Origin: Planctomycetota bacterium
GTDB taxonomy: Bacteria; Planctomycetota; UBA1135; JACQFD01
DNA length: 64,000 bases
Reading direction: 5' to 3'
Assembly (NCBI GenBank): GCA_016792805.1
Contig: JAEUHX010000087.1
Location: forward strand, 76,955 to 140,954
Each line of letters opens with the position of its first letter. Within the stretch, counting starts at the first letter, position 1. The notes below the pieces were generated by a model. That model was not told the DNA's origin, did not search any database, and saw only the letters and a list, made by a program, of their open reading frames with translations. This document shows positions 19,056 through 26,323 of this stretch, piece by piece. Made by a program: the position numbers and the translations under genes.

Positions 19056-19835
19056 TTGATTGATTCTCACGCTCACGTCGGTGACGAAGCCTTCGACGCC
19101 GACCGAAACGATGTGTTGCACCGATGCGTCGAGGCCGGGCTCACCGGAATTGTGTGCGTCGGCCAGGACGTGGACACCTCTCGGCGCGCGATCGCGATGC
19201 AGCACGCGGGATTCGCGGGGCTCGAGTTCGCCGCGAGCGCGGGACTTCACCCTCACCACGCCAAAGATTGGGAGGCGACGCATGCCGCACTGGAAGAGCT
19301 GGCCGAGCGTCCCGACGTTTTCGCAGTCGGTGAGACCGGGCTGGATTTCCATTACAACTATTCGCCCCGAGAAGAACAGCGGCGGTCCTTTCGCTGGCAC
19401 CTTCGGCTCGCGTCGCGGCTCCGCAAACCGGTCGTCGTTCACGTTCGCGAAGCGCACCGGGAGGCACTGGACGACATGGCGGCAGAGCCGGGAGCGCTCT
19501 GCGTGATCCATTGCTTCACAGGCTCGCGCGCCGAGGCAGAGAGGTATCTTGACCTCGGAGCCTACATCTCATTCTCGGGAATCGTGACATTCAAGAATGC
19601 GCAGGATCTCCGAGATGCAGCATTGTGTGTTCCCGCGAATCGTCTGATGGTGGAGACCGACAGCCCGCTCTTGGCTCCGGTGCCGATGCGCGGGAAGCGC
19701 TGCGAGCCCTCCTTCGTTCGCCACACACTCGAGATTCTCGCCAAGGTTCGAGGCAGCCGCGTTGAGGAGATTGCTGCCGCGACGGCCGAGAACGCACGCG
19801 CGGTGTTCTTTGCGGCGAGCGAAGGCGCGCGATAG
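19056..19835 (+). CDS. tatD: TatD-family metal-dependent hydrolase/DNase
   Basis: ORF 18912..19835. Homology begins at LIDSHAHV (TTG at 19056, just after the upstream stop at 19040-19042). Motifs GLHPHH, GETGLDFHY, VVHVREA, VIHCFTG and VETDSP. The start codon is uncertain. Confidence 0.85.
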   Translation: MIDSHAHVGDEAFDADRNDVLHRCVEAGLTGIVCVGQDVDTSRRAIAMQHAGFAGLEFAASAGLHPHHAKDWEATHAALEELAERPDVFAVGETGLDFHYNYSPREEQRRSFRWHLRLASRLRKPVVVHVREAHREALDDMAAEPGALCVIHCFTGSRAEAERYLDLGAYISFSGIVTFKNAQDLRDAALCVPANRLMVETDSPLLAPVPMRGKRCEPSFVRHTLEILAKVRGSRVEEIAAATAENARAVFFAASEGAR

Positions 19836-19843
19836 CCGCAGCT

Positions 19844-20560
19844 TCAGTTCACAGTTGTCCAGACCTGGCCGTCCATCCCAAGCTTCGAGGGAAGGGTGTT
19901 CGCGGTCGGCTGGATAATTGAGTTTGTGACTCCGCCCGAAGCGAATGCGGCGGAGGGCGCAGGGGCTGCGACTCCGGTGTAGATGCCACCGACGTTAAGC
20001 ATCTGCAGAAGCTCCCCGCCCTGATTGGCAAAGAAGACTCGATTGCTCGAGTTCCCTTGGCTCACGGGCCAGGCGTAGGCGCACCAGGTTGCCTCGCATC
20101 CATCCGGGTCCGGAAGGTTCGCAGGATCGGCCCCGCCCGTGGCAGCCTCGGCAACGCCGAGACCCGCCGCATTGGGAAGCCAGATCTGGAACAAATAGCC
20201 GGAGCGCTGAACTCTCGCGCTCACGACGTTGCCGAAGGAGCTCGAAGCCACCGGCGGCTTCATCTTCTCCGTAGCGGAGACGATTTGTGTTGTTCCGTTA
20301 AATGTGCGAACAAATGCAGCGCCTGCGAGCTCCCCGAAATTGGCGAACTCACCGACTCCGTCGCCGTCCCCATCGATAATGGCGGCAGCCTTCGCCTGTG
20401 CTTGGCTCGACATCAGCTGCCGCAGGGTCGAGATCGCCGCCGACTCGTTGGCTGCCTGCCGCGCCGACAGGAGATTGGGAACGGCGAGTGCGGCGATGAT
20501 TGCAACAATCGCAATGACGATCATGAGCTCGATTAGTGTGAAGCCGCGGTTCCCTCGCAT
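19844..20560 (-). CDS. Type IV pilin / pseudopilin paralogue 2 (prepilin-type N-terminal methylation domain)
   Basis: ATG at 20560 with GAGG 9-10 nt upstream. MRGNRG|FTLIELMIVIAIVAIIAALAVPNLLSAR is a class III signal with Gly-1/Phe+1/Glu+5. About 55-60% identical by eye to 20688-21419. Confidence 0.85.
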   Translation of the reverse strand: MRGNRGFTLIELMIVIAIVAIIAALAVPNLLSARQAANESAAISTLRQLMSSQAQAKAAAIIDGDGDGVGEFANFGELAGAAFVRTFNGTTQIVSATEKMKPPVASSSFGNVVSARVQRSGYLFQIWLPNAAGLGVAEAATGGADPANLPDPDGCEATWCAYAWPVSQGNSSNRVFFANQGGELLQMLNVGGIYTGVAAPAPSAAFASGGVTNSIIQPTANTLPSKLGMDGQVWTTVN

Positions 20561-20641
20561 CGCATGATACCTCAGTTTTTCCGCCAGGCTTCTATCGGAC
20601 AGAGATGCTGCGACGCTTTCGCAGGTTCTTCCAGAAATGCA

Positions 20642-20665
20642 CAAGGGCGGGTAACCCCGCCCTTG
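20642..20665 (-). terminator. 10-bp perfect GC-rich hairpin between the two pilin genes (attenuator/partial terminator candidate)
   Basis: CAAGGGCGGG-TAAC-CCCGCCCTTG lies 23 nt downstream of the pilin-1 stop. The downstream T-tract is poor (GTGCATTTC). Confidence 0.4.
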
Positions 20666-20687
20666 CGCGAATGGAGCGAACTGTCTC

Positions 20688-21419
20688 TTACTGGACGTTC
20701 GACCAAACGTTCGTGTCCATGCCGAGCTTGGTGGTCGTGGTCACGGCCAACGGCTGATTGATCGCACCCGCGGTGCCGCCCGAAGCGAACGCAGCGTCCG
20801 CCGCCGGCGCGGTTGTGCCGTTGTACGGAGCCGCACCGTTATTGAGGCATTGCAGCACGTCACCCTGCTGATTCACGAAGAATGCACGGTTGCCGCTGTT
20901 GCCGCGGTTAATCGGCCAGGCATAGGCGCACCAGGTGGTCTCGCAGAGGTCCGGCGACAAAGTACCCACAAGCGACGTCGCACCCGCACCGCTCGCGTCT
21001 TCCTTGCTGCCGATGCCGGTCGCATTGGGCAGCCAGATCACAAAGTTGTAACCAGAACGCGACACATAACCGTTCGCGTCAACGTTGCCGAACGCTCCCG
21101 ACAGAACCGGGGGCGTCACCTTCGTCGTCGCGCTGATCACCTGTGTCGTGCCGTTGAAGGCGCGCACGAACGACCTGCCGGAGAGCTCGGCAAAGAAGCC
21201 GTACTCACCCGTGCCATCTCCATCGCCGTCGATCACGCCCGAGGCCTGCACCTGCGCTTGCGCGGAGGCGAGGTTGCGAAGCGTCGCGACGGCGGCCGTC
21301 TCGTTCGCCGAGAGGCGAGCGGACAGGAGGTTCGGAATCGCGATCGAGGCGATGATCGCAATAATCGCGACCACGATCATGAGCTCAATCAGCGTGAAAC
21401 CCTTGTTCCCCTTCTTCAT
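20688..21419 (-). CDS. Type IV pilin / pseudopilin paralogue 1
   Basis: MKKGNKG|FTLIELMIVVAIIAIIASIAIPNLLSAR. AAGGAG lies 10 nt upstream. ATGA overlap with the upstream TPR gene stop. Contains a DGDGDGTGEY loop and CETTWCAYAWP. Confidence 0.9.
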   Translation of the reverse strand: MKKGNKGFTLIELMIVVAIIAIIASIAIPNLLSARLSANETAAVATLRNLASAQAQVQASGVIDGDGDGTGEYGFFAELSGRSFVRAFNGTTQVISATTKVTPPVLSGAFGNVDANGYVSRSGYNFVIWLPNATGIGSKEDASGAGATSLVGTLSPDLCETTWCAYAWPINRGNSGNRAFFVNQQGDVLQCLNNGAAPYNGTTAPAADAAFASGGTAGAINQPLAVTTTTKLGMDTNVWSNVQ

Positions 21420-22336
21420 CGAACCGGTTCTCCTTTGCTTGCCGGCGGGATCTCGTTCCCTCCGGATTTCTTACCTTCGAGCATCGATGGCGCCCCTCCA
21501 CTGTGGAGAGTTACCACGAATTCCCTGAGGTCGTCAGGGATGACTCCCTGCGCGACCCACGCTTGCCAAACTTCCGCGTCGCTTCGCACCGCAGCAGCAA
21601 GCTGTTGCTTGAGCATCGGCCTCAGGACTCGGAGGTCTTCGAGCCCGCTATCGGCATTGCCCAGCTGTATCTTTAGCTTCGCAGCTTGGTAGCAAGCGTG
21701 GGGGTCCTCCTTTCCGAGGGCTGAAAGAATTTCCAGCGCCCCTTCCACCTGCCCCAGCTGCGCAGCGCGGAGCGCTGCAGAGATCGAGAGCTGCTTGTCC
21801 GGCCCCGCTCCGCGGCCAGCAGAAAGATATTTCTGCGCGGCCTCGTCCATTCGCCCGCATGCTTCCTCGATCTGAGCGGACACGAAGCAACATTTTTGTA
21901 CGGTCTCGGCGTTCGACGCGCTCTGCGCGAGCACGACCTGCTCGCGCGCCTGTTCGAGGTCGCCCGCCCTCAAGCGGCTCGCGGCGAGAGCCACACGGAT
22001 CTCGCCGCGTTGATCGGCGTTCGCCGCCAGCGAGAGCGCCTTTTTATAACAGTCTTCTCCAACGCTTCGATCTCCAATCTGCAATGATGCGTGCGCTTTC
22101 ACGAGCAGCGAGTTCAAGTCCCTCGGATCGCGGGCGAGCGCGCGCTCCGCGCTTTCGAGCGCCGGCGAGTAGAGTCCGAGGGAGAGCTGGAGTACGGCGA
22201 TGTCCGCCGGGGAGACCTCCTCGAGCCGCCGATCACGGGTCCGCCAGCCTCCGTAGGCAAGAAGACCCGCAATCGTGCAGCCGAACCCGTAGAGAGCAAG
22301 GCGCTTCGAGAGGGTTGGATTCGTGAACATCGACAT
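21416..22336 (-). CDS. Membrane-anchored TPR-repeat protein
   Basis: 306 aa. N-terminal hydrophobic span LALYGFGCTIAGLLAYGGW, then Ala/Leu-rich TPR-like helices. Its ATG immediately follows the pilC stop. Confidence 0.65.
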   Translation of the reverse strand: MSMFTNPTLSKRLALYGFGCTIAGLLAYGGWRTRDRRLEEVSPADIAVLQLSLGLYSPALESAERALARDPRDLNSLLVKAHASLQIGDRSVGEDCYKKALSLAANADQRGEIRVALAASRLRAGDLEQAREQVVLAQSASNAETVQKCCFVSAQIEEACGRMDEAAQKYLSAGRGAGPDKQLSISAALRAAQLGQVEGALEILSALGKEDPHACYQAAKLKIQLGNADSGLEDLRVLRPMLKQQLAAAVRSDAEVWQAWVAQGVIPDDLREFVVTLHSGGAPSMLEGKKSGGNEIPPASKGEPVR

Positions 22337-23569
22337 TTAGTGAGAGTGCGCCAGCTGCTCCTGGAGCTTGAAGATCGGCAGGAACACCGCGAGCACAATT
22401 CCGCCGACCACAAAACCCATGACTCCGATCATGATCGGCTCGATCATGGATGTGAGCCCCTTGACGGCAGCTTCGACCTGCTGGTCATAAAAGTGCGCAA
22501 TTTTCTCGAGGAGCGTGTCGAGGGCACCCGTGCGCTCACCGATCGAGATCATCTTGACCACCATGGGCGGGAAGACCTTGGACTGACCGAGCGGAGCGGA
22601 GAGCGTTTCACCTTGGCGAACGCTCTCGCGCGCCGAGAGCACGGCGGCCGAAATCACCTTGTTGCCCGCAGTCTGTGCCACGATGTCCATCGCGGCAAGA
22701 ATCGGCACACCGGACTTCACAAGCGTGGCGAACGTCCGCGAAAAGCGCGACAGTGCTACTTTTCGAAAGAGCGTACCGAAGACCGGCATCCGGAGAAGTG
22801 TGGCGTCGAAGAGGTAGGCGCCTCGCGGTGTCTTCTTCGCCACCATGATTCCGGTCGCCGCCGCAGCTCCAGCCCCGACGAGCAGGTACCAATACCCTTT
22901 ACAGAAGAATGCCGCATCCATCACGAACAGCGTGAGGCCGGGAAGCTCGATGTCGAGGCTGTCGAACACCGGCTTGAACTGCGGCACGATTCCGATCATG
23001 AGGAATGCCGCAATTCCGAGCACGAGCACGAGCGAGATGACGGGGTAGGTCATTGCGCTCTTCACCTCTCGGATCAGCTGAGCGCTCGCCTCGAGGTACT
23101 CGGCAAGGCGAACAAGAATGATATCCAGCTGACCCGATGCCTCGCCCGCGCGCACCATGTTTACATAAAGCTCAGGAAAAACCTGCGGGTACTTCTCGAG
23201 AGCCTTCGAGAGATCGACACCTCCCCGCACAGATTCGACCACGCCCGACAGCACGGCCTGGAAACCGGGCGACTCGGCTTGCTCGCGCTGAATCTCGAGC
23301 GCCTCAAGAATCGGGATACCGGCACCCACCATCGTGGCGAGCTGCCGAGTAAAAACCACCAGTTCCTCGCGCGTGACTCCCTTGCGGGAAGCCTTCGCGA
23401 AAAGCTCCTTCATGGTTTTTGTCGCATCGTCGCCCCCGCTCGAAACCTCCATTACTGTGAGGTTCTTCCGCTTCAGCTCCGACATGGCGTCCGACTTCGT
23501 CTTCGCAGAGATCGTTCCCGTGAGCGTGGCTCCTGCCTGATCGCGTGCGCGGTATCGGAAGCTCCCCAT
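22337..23569 (-). CDS. pilC: Type IV pilus / T2SS platform protein PilC/GspF
   Basis: ORF 22337..23704. ATG at 23569 (MGSFRYRARD) is preceded by AGAGGGA. Two T2SSF repeats (FTRQLATMVGAGIPILEAL... and FSRTFATLVKSGVPILAAM...). Confidence 0.9.
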   Translation of the reverse strand: MGSFRYRARDQAGATLTGTISAKTKSDAMSELKRKNLTVMEVSSGGDDATKTMKELFAKASRKGVTREELVVFTRQLATMVGAGIPILEALEIQREQAESPGFQAVLSGVVESVRGGVDLSKALEKYPQVFPELYVNMVRAGEASGQLDIILVRLAEYLEASAQLIREVKSAMTYPVISLVLVLGIAAFLMIGIVPQFKPVFDSLDIELPGLTLFVMDAAFFCKGYWYLLVGAGAAAATGIMVAKKTPRGAYLFDATLLRMPVFGTLFRKVALSRFSRTFATLVKSGVPILAAMDIVAQTAGNKVISAAVLSARESVRQGETLSAPLGQSKVFPPMVVKMISIGERTGALDTLLEKIAHFYDQQVEAAVKGLTSMIEPIMIGVMGFVVGGIVLAVFLPIFKLQEQLAHSH

Positions 23570-23712
23570 TGCATTCCCTCTTCTATTCGGCTGCGTAGTG
23601 TCTGGCGTGCGTGCGTTGCGTGACCGTTGCGGCGCGACAACCTGTCGGCGCCGGTGTGTACCTGTAGCTTGAGCGCTCCGCGCGTTGCGCGTCCCGCTCT
23701 GCACTCGGGCGC

Positions 23713-25134
23713 CTATGCCATCGGCATCGGGAGCGCCTCAACCGTAGTGCGCCCGCGTGCGAGGGCTCGGAAGGCGCTGTCGCGCATCCGAAGCCCCGGC
23801 ACGCGCTGGTCGAGTGCGCTGCCGGTGAGACCTTCCCGAATCGCGAGAGCTGCCGCCTCGGGAGGCGAGAGCACCTCGCTAATGAGAACATTCCCGAGAT
23901 ATCCGCTCGAGCATCGGTCGCATCCCGTCGCTCGATAAAAGGAGGCTGCCGCGACCTCGCTCTCCGGAAACCCGCCGAAGCTCATCGAGAGCTCGTCGGA
24001 ACCGACAGGCTCTCGGCAGCTCGGGCAAAGCGCCCGCACGAGACGCTGCCCCACGAGGACGGGCCGCGCGGCAGCGAGCTCCACGGGGTCCACGTCGAGG
24101 TGCCTCAGTGCGGAGACGGCGTCGACGGCGCCGCGCGCCGAGACCGCAAGAATCACGTGGCGGCCGTCAGCCGCGGCACGGAAGGCGCGAACCGTGCCGT
24201 GCTTATTATGAACTCTGCCGATGAGTAAGACATCGGGGTCGTGGCGCATGGCGTCGTCGACGGCGTCTTCCCGGGAACTCGGCGACTGCGAGCTGCGAAG
24301 CGAGATCCAGGACCAGTTCTCCCGCTCCGGAGCAGGTCCGATCAACGACACAATCAGCTTCCCCTGGACAGCCGCTTCCGCTCCCAGTGCGAGAAGTGTG
24401 GATCGCGCACCTTCCGCGATCGGAACGCCAAGAACGATCATTCCGCCATGCGGGCGTGACAACGCGGTCCTGAGCTCCTTTGCTACGTGCGGCTCGAGCC
24501 CCAGGGCGTCGAGGCCGTCGAAGCTCCTGCGATGGAGCACCCGCCCGACATAACGAATACCTCCGGACCAAGCGAGGATGTCGAACTCAATGTTCGACAG
24601 GCCCGTCGGCGTCTCGACTCCACAAGTGACTGCTGAGGGCATTGGCTGGTCGGGGCGGATCCCAGCGGCGCGGCGCAGCTGTGCTTCGAGCGCGCCCGCC
24701 GCAAGCTCTCCGAGAATCCGCCGCTCGCCGCCCATCCGCGCGGTAGCGACCATCCCAGAATTTGTGATATCGAAGTGGATCGTATGTGCTCCAGCTTCGA
24801 TCGCATCGGTGAGAATGTCTGCGAGTGAAGATGCTGGGGTCGCCGACGCCGGCTCCGCTGCCGCCGGCACCGGCGGCTTGGCCGAAGGCGGATCGGCCTG
24901 CAGTTCTCCCGGAGATGTCATCATTTGCTCATCGGCGAGGACTCGATCGAGTTCGTCGAGCAGCGAACTCGGTGCAGCGCTCGGCTCACTGGAACTCTGC
25001 GTCGGCGTCGGCAGGGCCGCCCCCGCTGGCTGCTGCACCAGGGGCGGCGGCGGGAGCGCCGCGGAGTCCTCCATGGTCCGAAACACTTCGCACTCGTCCA
25101 GTGCGCGCCCGATTCCCCCGCCCGGCGCGTTCAT
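23713..25134 (-). CDS. GspE/PilB-family protein with degenerate ATPase motifs (pseudo-ATPase); Zn tetracysteine retained
   Basis: 473 aa. The fold markers are collinear with GspE/PilB: AHTIHFD in place of ASDIH, DPDVLLIG, and CPSC...CDRC. Walker A is GVPIAEGARST (no GK[ST]). The Asp box is SLIGPAPE. Walker B reads DPDVLLIGRVHN, where Glu is replaced by Arg. The His box is DGRHVILAVSARG. ATGA overlap with the pilT stop. Confidence 0.8.
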   Translation of the reverse strand: MNAPGGGIGRALDECEVFRTMEDSAALPPPPLVQQPAGAALPTPTQSSSEPSAAPSSLLDELDRVLADEQMMTSPGELQADPPSAKPPVPAAAEPASATPASSLADILTDAIEAGAHTIHFDITNSGMVATARMGGERRILGELAAGALEAQLRRAAGIRPDQPMPSAVTCGVETPTGLSNIEFDILAWSGGIRYVGRVLHRRSFDGLDALGLEPHVAKELRTALSRPHGGMIVLGVPIAEGARSTLLALGAEAAVQGKLIVSLIGPAPERENWSWISLRSSQSPSSREDAVDDAMRHDPDVLLIGRVHNKHGTVRAFRAAADGRHVILAVSARGAVDAVSALRHLDVDPVELAAARPVLVGQRLVRALCPSCREPVGSDELSMSFGGFPESEVAAASFYRATGCDRCSSGYLGNVLISEVLSPPEAAALAIREGLTGSALDQRVPGLRMRDSAFRALARGRTTVEALPMPMA

Positions 25135-26204
25135 CGCACAGACTCCTTTCGGAGAAGATTATTGAGCTCCGTCTGGTCGGGTGTTGCCGAAAGAGCCTCG
25201 TCGTAGGAGATGAGGTTCTGGCGATACAAATCCGCCAGGGATTGGTTCATGGTCCGCATCCCAAGGCGCCCGCCGGTCTGTATGAGCGAGTAGATCTGGT
25301 GAGCCTTGTTCTCGCGAATGAGCGCTCGAATGGCGGGGTTCACCACCATGATCTCCGCCGCCAGAACTCGTCCTCGGCCGTTCGTGCGCGCAAGGAGCTG
25401 CTGACAGAACACAGCCTGAAGCGAGAAGGCGAGCTGAGTTCGAATTTGTTGCTGCCGATCGGCGGGGAACACGTCCACGATACGGTTGATCGTCTGGACG
25501 CAATCCGATGTATGGAGAGTCGCAAAAGTAAGATGTCCGGTCTCCGCGAGCGTCAAGGCGGCCTCGATCGTCTCGGGATCGCGCATTTCGCCGATGAGCA
25601 CGACGTCGGGGTCCTCGCGGAGCACGGCGCGAAGCGCCTGGTTGAATCCGTGGGTGTCGGTGCCTACTTCGCGCTGATTCACGAGGCAGCCCTTGTTCCG
25701 ATGGAGGAACTCGATCGGATCCTCGACTGTAATAATGTGCTCCTGCCGCTGCGCATTAATGTGATCGACGAGCGAAGCGAGCGTCGTGCTCTTGCCCGAT
25801 CCAGTGGCGCCAGTGACGAGGACGAGCCCCTTCGGCAGCGAGCAGATTTCTTCACAAATGCGCCTCGGCAGACCAAGCTTTTCGAACTCATGGATCTCGT
25901 AGGGAATCACGCGCAGTACGGCTGCGATGGAGCCCCGCTGCATGAAGACGTTCGTTCGAAAACGGCCGAATCCGGAGAACCCGAATGAGCAGTCGAGTTC
26001 GAGGTTCTTCTCGAAGCGTGCGATCTGGTCCGGCGTGAGGATCGAGTAGATCAGCTTCCGAGCGATCTCCGGAGTGAGCGGATCGAACTCGGTCAGAATG
26101 AGCTTGCCGTCGACACGGATTCGCGGAGGCGAGCCAACGGCCAAATGAAGATCCGAACCACCACGCTGCACGAGCAGCGTGAGCAACTCCTCCATCGAGA
26201 TCAT
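25131..26204 (-). CDS. pilT: Type IV pilus retraction-type ATPase PilT
   Basis: ORF 25131..26360, start MISMEELL at 26204. Intact GATGSGKST, DPDVVLIGEMRD, TGHLTFATLHTS and the PilT signature AIRALIRENK. Confidence 0.9.
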   Translation of the reverse strand: MISMEELLTLLVQRGGSDLHLAVGSPPRIRVDGKLILTEFDPLTPEIARKLIYSILTPDQIARFEKNLELDCSFGFSGFGRFRTNVFMQRGSIAAVLRVIPYEIHEFEKLGLPRRICEEICSLPKGLVLVTGATGSGKSTTLASLVDHINAQRQEHIITVEDPIEFLHRNKGCLVNQREVGTDTHGFNQALRAVLREDPDVVLIGEMRDPETIEAALTLAETGHLTFATLHTSDCVQTINRIVDVFPADRQQQIRTQLAFSLQAVFCQQLLARTNGRGRVLAAEIMVVNPAIRALIRENKAHQIYSLIQTGGRLGMRTMNQSLADLYRQNLISYDEALSATPDQTELNNLLRKESVR

Positions 26205-26246
26205 ATTTCCCCACCCCGGGTGCCGAGGAGCCTCCTCGCAGACCCG

Positions 26247-26300
26247 CAAAAGCATCGGACGCTGCGGCGGGCGCTCTTGAGCGCCCCGACGCAGCGTCCG
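26247..26300 (-). terminator. Long GC hairpin plus T4 tract downstream of the EF-G-like gene
   Basis: Minus strand: CGGACGCTGCG-tcg-GGGCGCT-CAAG-AGCGCCC-gc-CGCAGCGTCCG, followed by ATGCTTTTGC. That is 11 bp plus 7 bp with a small internal loop. It ends only about 42 nt before the pilT ATG. Confidence 0.6.
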
Positions 26301-26323
26301 CTCGGCACCCGGCGGCCAGAAAA

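Noticed and set aside
20561-21520. Search for sigma-54 type promoters (TGGCAC-N5-TTGC) upstream of the two pilin genes, as is common for pilA.
   Set aside because: I found only near-misses (TGGAAGAACCTGCG with wrong spacing, and TGGCGGAAAAACTGA lacking the GC). Neither is supportable.
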